Origin: a virus
IMG/VR virus record: IMGVR_UViG_3300024262_000015
Coordinates: 64,001-128,000 of that record
Direction: 5' to 3' (one strand)
Length of the DNA: 64,000 bases
In this document: one piece after another, positions 10,014 through 18,873 of the stretch
Numbering within the stretch: position 1 is the stretch's first letter
How the letters are laid out: each line of letters starts with the position of its first letter
Made by a program: the position numbers and the translations under genes
Notes under the pieces: model-generated
What the model was told of the DNA's origin: nothing
The model's database searches: none
Seen by the model: the letters and a program-made list of their open reading frames with translations, nothing else

Positions 10014-10274
10014 GTGAAAAAGAAAGCCCAGCCTAAGATTGATGCCTTTTCCTGGGATGATTTTCAAACTGATCCGCCATTCTTTTCTAGATTTCTAATC
10101 ACCTCAGAGCAGTCAAAAATTCAGACTGGCAGACAAGAAAACTCTCAGGCTATAGGGGTTACTCATCAAGCACAACCAAAGTTTTCTGGTCAAGATTTAG
10201 ATGTAATGCTTAAAATTTTTTTGAAGCTTTTAAGCTCGGACCAAAAGCCACCTCTTAAAGACGAATTTAATTAG
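10014..10274 (+). CDS. Hypothetical protein
   Basis: 86 aa ORF abutting the previous stop, begins KKKAQ. Confidence 0.6.
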   Translation: MKKKAQPKIDAFSWDDFQTDPPFFSRFLITSEQSKIQTGRQENSQAIGVTHQAQPKFSGQDLDVMLKIFLKLLSSDQKPPLKDEFN

Positions 10275-10371
10275 CAATTTAATCCCTCTGCTTCTATGCC
10301 TAAATCAATATAAAGTGTTGAAGGTGTAAGTCTGCTGTAGCACTTTTTACGCTACAGAGAGGAAATTTCAA

Positions 10372-11073
10372 ATGGCTTTAAGATTAGAACAGCCTGGCAT
10401 TCAACCGCTAGGACAATTTGATGGATACGACGACCAAATTGCTACCATTCTTGGTGGTGAAGTTGGAGCGATTGTTGGTATTCTAGTGAGCAATCCGGAC
10501 CTTGCTGCATCTGATGCGGACGGTTCAGATGGTTATATTGGTGCTCCTCCACTACAACGACGTACGATTATTACGCGAAACCTTGTTGCTTCCAACATCA
10601 ATAGGCCTCTAGGGCTTTTGGATGATGGTACGTCTACTGGCTTCTCGTCAACTGGTTACGGAACCCTTTTGGGTGTTGTGGTTGGTGGAACTGCTGGTCG
10701 CCAGTCCGTTGGAGGGGTCGTACTCGGTCCGCCCACCGCACTTGGTTCCGGTAAAATTACTTTCTGGGATAAGCCCGGTTTGTATGCCACCACGCTAGAT
10801 GCGGTTGATAGAGATCCGGTTGACGGACTTCTACCTTCCAACCTAAGTCTCACCGTTGGTTCGCCGCTCTTTGCTACGGATACGGGTCTTTTGACTCCTG
10901 ATGCTGCTGAGAGCTTCGAGGTAGGACTTGTTCTTGCTCGTTTCCTTGAATTCATGACTGATGGTTCATTGGTCAACACGCCGGTTAGCTTGGTAGCCCC
11001 AGTAACTGGCCCCGGATCGCGCCCGCAAACGTTCACCCGAGCGGTTTACGAGTTCTATCCGCCACGCACGTAA
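10372..11073 (+). CDS. Putative capsid decoration protein
   Basis: Directly upstream of MCP, GAGGA SD, Gly/Thr/Val-rich, codon usage like MCP, two DGY motifs. Confidence 0.65.
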   Translation: MALRLEQPGIQPLGQFDGYDDQIATILGGEVGAIVGILVSNPDLAASDADGSDGYIGAPPLQRRTIITRNLVASNINRPLGLLDDGTSTGFSSTGYGTLLGVVVGGTAGRQSVGGVVLGPPTALGSGKITFWDKPGLYATTLDAVDRDPVDGLLPSNLSLTVGSPLFATDTGLLTPDAAESFEVGLVLARFLEFMTDGSLVNTPVSLVAPVTGPGSRPQTFTRAVYEFYPPRT

Positions 11074-11124
11074 GGTGTCTTAGCCCCTTTGGGAATTAAC
11101 CTGGAGGGGCTAAACCCTTTTTTT
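11072..11124 (+). terminator. Long hairpin with U-tract between the decoration gene and MCP
   Basis: TTAGCCCCTTTGGG...CCTGGAGGGGCTAA stem followed by T7. Confidence 0.6.
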
Positions 11125-11168
11125 GGCTGTTAACGAAAGTAGGCAGCTACTAACCAGGAGAAAAAAAT

Positions 11169-14100
11169 ATGAATATGTTTGATAACAAAGGGCAAATCAA
11201 CGCTGGGTCGTTGCAGGAAGCTCTTGGAACGATTGCGAAGTACGCATCGATTCTTGAAGAAAATCAGCCGTCCAATATGGCAATGGCTGGTACGCCGGGC
11301 TTTGATGAGCAGACCCGGAATGACCTTATCTCACGAGCTATGTTTACCCAAGACGGTAAGTATGCGCTTGCGCAGGTAATGGCCAATCCCAATTATTAGT
11401 AATAACGATTACGCAAATGGGATATAAAATCTGACTATATGCGGGAATTTCCGAAAGTTTTACCTACCCTGATATAAGATATAAAACGGCTAACCATAGA
11501 AGGTGGTCGTCTAGAGTCTGGGTAAGAATGGTAAAAATGAATGACGGGCAATCCGCAGGAAAGACAGACGTTAAAAAGATAGACTTAATAATTCAGCAAT
11601 ATGAAGCTGGATTGAAACCTAATAAGATTGTTGAAAACACTAATTATAATTTGGAAGATGTAATTCAAATTATAAAAACCAATCTTAAATGGGGGAAAAA
11701 TAAGTATCTTTCTAATTTAACTCAAGCTGAAGTTCAAGAGGTAATAAAATTATTTGATAATGGATGGCGTTTGAAATGCAAATTTCTTTAAAGTGAGTTG
11801 TAATTCAGTTACCCAACTTCTAAGATCAAATAATCGTAACCCTAGCTTTGAGTTATAAAATAATGCCTGAATCCTCAACGACTAATACGTCAGACATCCG
11901 GGAAAAAGATAGAACCAAGGGGTTTTTATCTAACCCGGTAATGATAGAGTCTGGTCCTTACAAAAATGTAAGGAGCTAAGCAGAAATGACTTAGCCAGTT
12001 CCCCTGAACTGTAACAAAAATGTTCGCCGTAACTTAGACTATCAGGGAGTGTTCCGTAGAGCACTAGTAGTCGATCCGTTAAATTAGGCAGCGGATCTAA
12101 AAATTGGCTGTATGCTGGAAAACCTAAAAGCTTCAATACTTTAACCTTAAAGCCCTTGCACTAAAGCAGGGTTAAATAAACTAAAGTAAAAATTTGAAGA
12201 TGATATAGACAATCAGCAGGAAAAAGATGAAAAACCCTAGCCTGGACAAAAAGCTTTTGAGAACCTTGTATGTAGAAAAGAAAAAAACTGCATATGAAAT
12301 TTCAGAGCTTTTACAAATAAAACAAGAAGTAGTTATCAACTCTTTAAAAGAGAATAATATTGATCACTCTCCTAAACTAAGAAAATATCGTTTAGTAAGA
12401 AAAGCCCCTTTAACTAGGGAACAAAAAGAAGCGATTATTGGGATGGTTTTGGGTGGAGGAAGAATTGTTTCTCATGGGAGTCGAAAAAAAACTTATCATT
12501 TAGAAACTTCTAATCTTGAAAAGGACAAAGATCTAATCCTTTATAAAAAAGGAACCCTCGGGAATCTTTGTAATTTGATAAGAGAAGAAGAAAAAAAAGA
12601 TAAGAAATTTTTAAAATTGATAACAGCTAATCACCAAGAGTTGAAATGGTACTCAGATTTATTTTATAACAACCATAAAAAAGTTATAAAAGAAAATTTA
12701 TTATACCATGTGTCACCTCGTTCGGTGGCTTTTTGGGCTATGGACAAAAGTTATATGCGAACTGAAGATAATCAATTTTGGATGCGCTTCAGTACGTATG
12801 AATTTTCAAAAGAAGAACATAAGTTGCTTCAAGCTATGTTAAAAATAAACTTCAATATAAGAAGTAAGGTTTGTGAATATAAGTGGAAGGGTAAAGTTTG
12901 TAATTACCTTTCTTTAAATAAACGCAACACTTTATTAATGGCCGAATTAACCGAGCCATTTTATAAAGAAGCTAACAGATACATAGTTCATCTTGATCCT
13001 CAACGACTAGAATGCCAATCTTCAGAAAATAAAAACTCTGAATGATGATACAGTCTGACCTTTACTGAGAAGTAAAGAGCCAAGCAGAAATGACTTGGCC
13101 TTGTAACAACCCCTGTGCCTCAGGGTGCTATTCCTCGCTATGACCGGGACATTGATGTCGCTGCGGTTGTCGTATCCAGCAATGGTGCGCCTCCGGAAAG
13201 CCGCGTATTCGGTGACTCGGTTATTGTTCCTGAATTCGAGATCGTTTCTAACCCGACCATCCGTACCTCTGAGGTTCGGCGTCGGCGCTTTAACGTAATC
13301 GACCGTGCTGTTCAAAAGGCACGTCAGGAAATCATGGCGCAGGAGGATGCGAATGGTTTTGCTTCACTCGATGCGGCAGCCGAAGTCGAAAATATCCCTC
13401 AGGATATTGCCGATAGCGGTCTTCTAAAGCGAGATCTTGCTGCGATTAAGCGGCAGGTTGACCATTGGGACCTAGTGACGACCAAGTTCTTCATGAACAT
13501 CAATGAGTTCACGGACATCCTTAACTGGGGTTCCGGTGGTGGTCAGGGCGCAACTGGTGGCGACGTTGATCCTGTTGGAAATCACTATAATTAGTGATAG
13601 TGGCAGCCTTAAGAATGTGAATTCTTTTGGAAAAATTTGGCTATATGCTGGAACCTCCGAATACCTAACAACTTTAAAGATATAGATTAGTCATTGAAGA
13701 CAATCTTTAAAAGATAAAGCAAAAGGTTAGGATGAAACGGACAATCAGCAGGAAAGTTAATGAAAATTTACCAACTAGCGAAGTTAAAAAACTTTTCTTT
13801 GAGGAAAATAAAAGCCGCTTAGAAATTGCCGAGATTTTTAATACTAATAGTTCTTCTATTTCAAAAATTTTGGGTCGGCCTCCCTACCCAAAAAACAAAA
13901 TAGAAGAAATAAAATCTTTGCATATTTCTCAGCTACAAAAGGAATTTATAATTGGCTCTACTCTGGGAGACGCTTCTTTACTTAAAAGAATTAATTTCAA
14001 AAATTGTTCTTTTAAAGTTAGCCATTGTGAAGCGCAAAAAGAGTACTTGTTATGGAAAGCTGATTTTTTAAATCCTTTTGTAAATAGTGTGGCGAGAAGT

Positions 14101-14901
14101 AAAGACAAAAGAGGAAACTCTATAATGTATGGTTTTACTTCATTAAGTCATCAGGACTTTTATCCCTTAAGAGAAATGTTTTATAAAGATAAAATAAAAG
14201 TTGTTAAAAAAGATATTCAAGCTTATTTAACTCCTTTTGCTTTAGCTATTTGGTTTATGGACGACGGTACGGTTTTGAGAAGTGATTGTAGGTTATCTAC
14301 CGACAGTTTTACTTATCAAGAAAACCAACTTTTATCTCAAATGTTAAAAGAAAATTTTGGGTTTAATGTTAAGGTTAGAAAATATATTAGAAATAATAAA
14401 CGTTTTAACTTCCTTTCTTTTACCCAACCTGACCGTCCTAAGCTTAGAGATCTCATAAAGCCTTTTTTGGTAGAATGTATGAGCTATAAGCTTCCTTAGC
14501 CTCCTCAACGACTATATGCCAAACATCTCGTTAAAGAGATGATGATATAGTCTGACCTTTACTGAAAAGTAAAGAGCCAAGCAGAAATGACTTGGCAGGG
14601 ATTTATCCCTTAACAAAAGTGTACGCAACGTGAAATTCTTCAGACTGGGCTTTATGCTCATCTCTGGGGTGCTGATATCATTGTTTCCAAGGTTGTTCCT
14701 CCGGGTACTGTCTTTGGTTGTGCTGACCCTGAGTTCGTAGGGGTTATGCCGATTCGTCAGGACATTGAAGTAATGCCTGCCGATGAGCCGAAACAACTCA
14801 AGCTAGGTTGGATCGTTTCTGAAGAAATTGGTATCGCAATCGTCAACCCGCGTGGTTGTTCCAAGGGTCTAAAGAGCTTGGTTATTAACCCCGCTCCCTA
14901 A
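11169..14901 (+). CDS. Major capsid protein (HK97-like fold), spliced from exons 11169-11391, 12023-12079, 13116-13575, 14622-14901; 339 aa
   Basis: Joined exons give a continuous 1020-nt frame ...MANP-I-RRNLDYQGVFRRALVVDP-L-PQGAIPRY...GDVDP-V-TQREILQTGLYAHLWGADII...EEIGIAIVNPRG. Strong SD (AGGAG) and a downstream terminator. Confidence 0.88.
11392..12022 (+). mobile_element. Group I intron 1 in MCP
   Basis: P ATGCGGGAA, Q AATCCGCAGG, R CTCAACGACTA, S GATAGAGTCT, P3 CTGAC/GTCAG, terminal G 12022. The 5' boundary is inferred from the reading frame. Confidence 0.85.
11528..11856 (+). pseudogene. Remnant intron-encoded endonuclease (HTH repeats only, frameshifted)
   Basis: IIQQYEAGLKPNKI and EVIKLFDNGW are HTH-like. 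It continues out of frame as ANFFKVSCNSVTQLLR. No LAGLIDADG motif remains. Confidence 0.6.
12080..13115 (+). mobile_element. Group I intron 2 in MCP
   Basis: P1 GATCCGT/GCGGATC with U-G at the splice site, P ATGCTGGAAA, Q AATCAGCAGG, R CTCAACGACTA, S GATACAGTCT, P3 TTGGC/GCCAA, terminal G 13115. Confidence 0.92.
12227..13045 (+). CDS. Intron-encoded LAGLIDADG protein with N-terminal HTH and degenerate catalytic motifs
   Basis: IIGMVLGGG and VAFWAMDKS align with IIGSTLGDA and LAIWFMDDG of the intron 3 ORF. Confidence 0.85.
   Translation: MKNPSLDKKLLRTLYVEKKKTAYEISELLQIKQEVVINSLKENNIDHSPKLRKYRLVRKAPLTREQKEAIIGMVLGGGRIVSHGSRKKTYHLETSNLEKDKDLILYKKGTLGNLCNLIREEEKKDKKFLKLITANHQELKWYSDLFYNNHKKVIKENLLYHVSPRSVAFWAMDKSYMRTEDNQFWMRFSTYEFSKEEHKLLQAMLKINFNIRSKVCEYKWKGKVCNYLSLNKRNTLLMAELTEPFYKEANRYIVHLDPQRLECQSSENKNSE
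13576..14621 (+). mobile_element. Group I intron 3 in MCP
   Basis: P1 CTGT/GCAG with U-G, P ATGCTGGAA, Q AATCAGCAGG, R CTCAACGACTA, S GATATAGTCT, terminal G 14621. Confidence 0.92.
13732..14499 (+). CDS. Intron-encoded two-motif LAGLIDADG homing endonuclease with N-terminal HTH
   Basis: IIGSTLGDAS and LTPFALAIWFMDDG motifs intact. EIAEIFNTNSSSISKIL is an HTH. Confidence 0.92.
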   Translation: MKRTISRKVNENLPTSEVKKLFFEENKSRLEIAEIFNTNSSSISKILGRPPYPKNKIEEIKSLHISQLQKEFIIGSTLGDASLLKRINFKNCSFKVSHCEAQKEYLLWKADFLNPFVNSVARSKDKRGNSIMYGFTSLSHQDFYPLREMFYKDKIKVVKKDIQAYLTPFALAIWFMDDGTVLRSDCRLSTDSFTYQENQLLSQMLKENFGFNVKVRKYIRNNKRFNFLSFTQPDRPKLRDLIKPFLVECMSYKLP

Positions 14902-14926
14902 GATCAATAGGTAAGAACGAAAGATG

Positions 14927-14959
14927 AAAAGGCCTGGGTGTTCCCAGGCCTTTTCTTTT
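14927..14959 (+). terminator. Rho-independent (possibly bidirectional) terminator after MCP
   Basis: AAAAGGCCTGGG-TGTT-CCCAGGCCTTTTCTTTT. Confidence 0.9.
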
Positions 14960-14980
14960 GTTTTCTGCAAACACCCAGGT

Positions 14981-14994
14981 CAATATAAAGGTAT
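14981..14994 (+). promoter_or_regulatory. Example of the recurring putative phage promoter (CAATAT-N4-GTAT)
   Basis: Similar elements at 2426, 22618, 24162, 31566, 34231, 35862 and 49802, each 20-23 nt before a start codon. Confidence 0.5.
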
Positions 14995-15003
14995 AAAAAG
15001 GAA

Positions 15004-15774
15004 ATGGGAATTAAATTATCCTTGCCTGAAAAAGCCAAGCTGGCAAAATTAGCCGCTTCCGATTTTAAACAGTATGTTGATTGGGGACGAAAAGACTGTC
15101 CTTCACAACAAAGCTATGAACTCTCTTGCTCTCCTAATCCAGATTTTTCTGATTTAAGAATCGAGGCTTTTAATAAATTAGCTACCCCACAAACGCCCAT
15201 TACCAAACTAGCTTTTGATACTCGTCGTATTGACCCTAAAGCTCGTAACCCTAGAGGTAACCTACAAAATTGGAAACGCAGTGCACCGTTTGTTACCAAT
15301 GATGATAAGGAAAAACTAGGCAAGTTTGGAAAAGTCTTTATAGCTACCAAAGAGTTAAAGACAGAGCTTGAAGGACAACAGGGGTGGTTTGATAGCTTTG
15401 CGCGGCTTCTTTACGATACATTACATAGAACTTTACGTAAAAAACAAGGAACAGTAGAGATTTCTCAACCTCAATTTTCTTATCTTGAACAGCTTCTTTT
15501 TAATAGATATCGAATAAGCATGGAAGATGTGGAAAGTTTATCTAATTCCGAACTTCAAAAACGCATTCTATCTAAAGATGAAGAACTTTTGGAACAAGCT
15601 CAGAGCCTTAGAAAGGATGGCAAAATCCCTTCTGATTTGCAAACTTTCTCTAAGGAGATTAAAGAGGAATCTGCGTCAGCAAAAGAAATCGTAAACAACC
15701 TTTTTAAGAAAATAACCTCAGGAAATGGAACGAGAACAATAACAATAACCATTTCCAATCAAGAGGTTAAATAA
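15004..15774 (+). CDS. Hypothetical protein with repeated KLA motifs
   Basis: 256 aa with AKLAKLAAS, NKLAT and TKLAF. Confidence 0.75.
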   Translation: MGIKLSLPEKAKLAKLAASDFKQYVDWGRKDCPSQQSYELSCSPNPDFSDLRIEAFNKLATPQTPITKLAFDTRRIDPKARNPRGNLQNWKRSAPFVTNDDKEKLGKFGKVFIATKELKTELEGQQGWFDSFARLLYDTLHRTLRKKQGTVEISQPQFSYLEQLLFNRYRISMEDVESLSNSELQKRILSKDEELLEQAQSLRKDGKIPSDLQTFSKEIKEESASAKEIVNNLFKKITSGNGTRTITITISNQEVK

Positions 15775-15775
15775 A

Positions 15776-16387
15776 ATGAGTGTTGGGTTTATTATATCTC
15801 GCGAGCCAGCGATTCTCTTTCCCGTTTGCCCAACTGTATTTATTGTTAGAAATATATCTAGGAAAACCTTATCTATTTTTACCTATCCTGTAAGCATTCA
15901 GCAAACCAGAGATCTAATGGCTATTCCATTTGTATCTGAAGCAGACATCAGAAACTCTCTTTTAAAAGGAGAGCTTTTTGTAAAGGCTAAAGCGGGAGAA
16001 ATAATTGTAGTCAACAGCAACATTGATCTTCTTCAGTTTGATGATTGTCAAAGAGATTTTCTTGAAAGCATTGGAATCACTAAAGGCATTTCAGTTACTG
16101 ACGGAGATCTTCCTTTTGCTTTTAAACAAAACATAAATTTAATTGGACCAACTGATGGGGTCAATAGAACTTTTTTTACTCCTGATGTATTTATCAATGG
16201 TCCTGAGCCTGTAGACAACTCCTTTAAATTACAGCTTGACCATAATGGGCGGCACTTAATTGAAGGCATTGATTACGTTGTAGGAGAGTCTGGAGGTCCC
16301 GGAACAGGTTTTGATACTGTAAATCTAATTTCTTTGACTCCGACTAGCACCAGTAAATTAACTTGCAATTATACCATCCGAATCTAA
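15776..16387 (+). CDS. Putative virion structural protein
   Basis: C-terminal GPTDGVNRTF...HNGRHLIEGIDY beta module. N-terminal domain resembles the 22852 ORF. Confidence 0.6.
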   Translation: MSVGFIISREPAILFPVCPTVFIVRNISRKTLSIFTYPVSIQQTRDLMAIPFVSEADIRNSLLKGELFVKAKAGEIIVVNSNIDLLQFDDCQRDFLESIGITKGISVTDGDLPFAFKQNINLIGPTDGVNRTFFTPDVFINGPEPVDNSFKLQLDHNGRHLIEGIDYVVGESGGPGTGFDTVNLISLTPTSTSKLTCNYTIRI

Positions 16388-16430
16388 TTAAACGTAAAAT
16401 TAAATACAAATCTTAGAATAAATACATATA

Positions 16431-16512
16431 CAGTGAGACCGATAGTTTACTCAAAGGCCGGCCGAACCATTCAATAAAGCGCCGGATGACGTAAGTCAAT
16501 CCACCCTCACAA
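16431..16512 (+). ncRNA. Candidate structured 5' leader RNA
   Basis: GTGAG/CTCAC closing stem enclosing CCGGC/GCCGG and TGAC-GTAA-GTCA hairpins, just before an AAGGA SD. Confidence 0.35.
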
Positions 16513-16526
16513 ATTTAAAGGAAAAA

Positions 16527-18026
16527 ATGGGTTTTTCACGTACTAATGCGCTTAATCAAGCGCTCGATGTAGCCGGCTCTTTTACAGTTAATTCGGCTAA
16601 AGTTCTTACCGACGAATCTGCAGGCTTAGGCCAATCGCAGCAAACCGGAGTTGATGGTTACCTAACTGGTTCCTCACCGACTATTACTCTAACTGCAGCT
16701 TCTGCTACATTCACTGCAGCCAGTGTTGGTAACTTTGTTACTATTACTGGCTCAGGAACGGGTGCAAATAACAGCACTCACTTAATCGTAGCGTTTAGCA
16801 GCCCTACTGTTGTCGATCTTAGTATCGTTGGCGGCGCGGCTGATGCTTTACCGCTACCTTGGACCGAACGCGCTCCATATAACATTGAAGATGACCTCAA
16901 CTTTGAACGTACTGACCGTGCCGCAATTAAGGGTGTTGCCTATGATACGGCTGTAACTCCCTACAGCCGTCCTTCTACCTCTACCACTCTTACGCCGATG
17001 AACCTTGAGCAAATCTCGGGCAAAACCCTTGATGCTAAAGCACTAATCGTTAACCGTACGGAAGAAAACGCTCCAGTTGAAGATGGTTATACCGTACTTG
17101 TTCTTTCTGGTGCCTTCCAATATGCCGATGCTGTAGATCAAACTGGTTATCCGATTAATGATGGATTTGATGCGGGCAACCTTTCGGCTACCTATTGTGA
17201 AATCATCGACCCAAGTACCGAAGCTGGGGTAGTTATTCCGGATGGTTATGCAAATGCTGGTCAACGAATTTATGGTATCGCTCAACAGGGGTCTCAAACT
17301 GAAGGCTTAGGCATTGAAATTGCTTTTTATCGAGTTGCTCTTGGCGACCCGATTACTACGGCAAATCCCTACACTTGGAATGCTGGTCCAGAAATGCCTA
17401 CACAGCTTGACCTTTTCCTCGGTTATCGTACCCAAATGGATGACATGGGGGAAGCAGACCTTCGTGTTACCATGGTTAATGGTCTTATCGGTGATTCTGG
17501 CGCACAGCTTGAGATTAATGATATTCGTCAAACCATTGGTACGGTTCAGGGCGATACGGATCTCGGCACCTATCTTACCAACCAAACGCCGTTTTATATC
17601 TTTGACGACCTAAGCCTTACGCCCACTGTTGTTGAAGCTCTAAACGTTCTTAACCTAGAGATTGGTAACCGAGATTATACAGGTGCTATTCTTACCGATG
17701 GTTATACAATCACCGCGTCTCTTCAACAGCTATCAGATGCTATTGCTGAGAATGCAGATGTTCTTCGTACGATTGAACGTTTGACTGTAAATGCTGCCGC
17801 TGGAGTAGCGCACACTGTTCCTGATTCTCTAACGTATGATATAGATGTCTCAAACAATGGTCGCGGCATGTGGCTTTACTGGCGAGGTGTTCTTAGAGAT
17901 CCGGGCCCTGTTGTTGATGGAAATGACTATGAGGAAACAAGCACATCTTCATTCACTCCTTATGCTACTATTAATAGTGGCGATCACATCAACTACTTTA
18001 TCATAACCGAGACTAACTCTCCGTAG
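16527..18026 (+). CDS. Putative abundant virion surface protein
   Basis: 499 aa, acidic and Thr/Gly-rich, codon usage like MCP, four DGY motifs. Confidence 0.65.
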   Translation: MGFSRTNALNQALDVAGSFTVNSAKVLTDESAGLGQSQQTGVDGYLTGSSPTITLTAASATFTAASVGNFVTITGSGTGANNSTHLIVAFSSPTVVDLSIVGGAADALPLPWTERAPYNIEDDLNFERTDRAAIKGVAYDTAVTPYSRPSTSTTLTPMNLEQISGKTLDAKALIVNRTEENAPVEDGYTVLVLSGAFQYADAVDQTGYPINDGFDAGNLSATYCEIIDPSTEAGVVIPDGYANAGQRIYGIAQQGSQTEGLGIEIAFYRVALGDPITTANPYTWNAGPEMPTQLDLFLGYRTQMDDMGEADLRVTMVNGLIGDSGAQLEINDIRQTIGTVQGDTDLGTYLTNQTPFYIFDDLSLTPTVVEALNVLNLEIGNRDYTGAILTDGYTITASLQQLSDAIAENADVLRTIERLTVNAAAGVAHTVPDSLTYDIDVSNNGRGMWLYWRGVLRDPGPVVDGNDYEETSTSSFTPYATINSGDHINYFIITETNSP

Positions 18027-18049
18027 GTCTAAATTGATATATATTAGCT

Positions 18050-18361
18050 ATGTTAAAGGCTGATATAATTCAAAGACAAGTAACTGCTCCACCTGGAGGC
18101 CATTGTGATTCTGGCCATCGGGTGGAGTTTTTATTTAAAGGCCGTAAAGAAGAGCCGGGCGAGGTAAGATTTTATCACGTAAGTGGAAAAGGTATTAATA
18201 ATCCTGGAATATATTGTGAGCCTTGTGTTATTTTAATGAATGCTATGGCTGCGGAAAAAAGAAAAGGTACAATTCCTACATCTAAAGGAAATTTTCTTAA
18301 AGTTCCGGATATAAAAAATATTATAGAAGATCGGGTTAAGAAAGGAAAGAAGAATAAATGA
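18050..18361 (+). CDS. Small Zn-finger-like protein
   Basis: CDSGH...CEPC. Confidence 0.6.
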   Translation: MLKADIIQRQVTAPPGGHCDSGHRVEFLFKGRKEEPGEVRFYHVSGKGINNPGIYCEPCVILMNAMAAEKRKGTIPTSKGNFLKVPDIKNIIEDRVKKGKKNK

Positions 18362-18828
18362 GCGACCAAAAAGAAACAGCTTCTGCTTACAAAGAATCTT
18401 TACGAGGACTAAGAGCTATTGTTCAAGAAGCTTTAATAAATAATGTTATTGACGAAGACAACAAACCTATCTATGAAGCAACTTTAATTCAGCTTCTTAA
18501 TGAAACCGAAAAAAGGCGTCAGAAGCTAATATCCATTGCTGAAGATCATAAACGACGAGCCCTTCAAGCAGACTCTCAAGCTGAAGGTTTTGCTACCATG
18601 GGAGCTATTTTAGAAAATGTTGTTAGAGGATTTGTATTCCAAGCCCAAAAAGTAGCAGCCGAAGATAAAGAACGAGAACAAGAAAACTTAGAAAAATCTG
18701 AGCGTATCCAACAAGCAGAACTACTTCATGAACCTAGCGTAGTAATTCCACCGAAGGACGAAGAAGAAGAGCAGCATACAGGTGAAGAAGAGAAGAAGTC
18801 TGCTCGTAGGAGTCGATCTAAAAGCTAG
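18358..18828 (+). CDS. Coiled-coil hypothetical protein
   Basis: 156 aa charged helical ORF with ATGA overlap. Confidence 0.7.
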   Translation: MSDQKETASAYKESLRGLRAIVQEALINNVIDEDNKPIYEATLIQLLNETEKRRQKLISIAEDHKRRALQADSQAEGFATMGAILENVVRGFVFQAQKVAAEDKEREQENLEKSERIQQAELLHEPSVVIPPKDEEEEQHTGEEEKKSARRSRSKS

Positions 18829-18873
18829 CGATATTTATGCGTAACAGTAGGGCCAAACTTTACTGGGACACAT

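Noticed and set aside
11391-13594. TAG stop-codon reassignment to explain the broken capsid ORFs
   Set aside because: The TAGs lie just inside introns, and many genes end at TAG with the next gene starting immediately (for example 10012 and 60035)
12227-14499. LAGLIDADG ORFs as inteins
   Set aside because: They are not continuous with the MCP frame, lack Cys/His-Asn intein ends and are flanked by group I RNA cores
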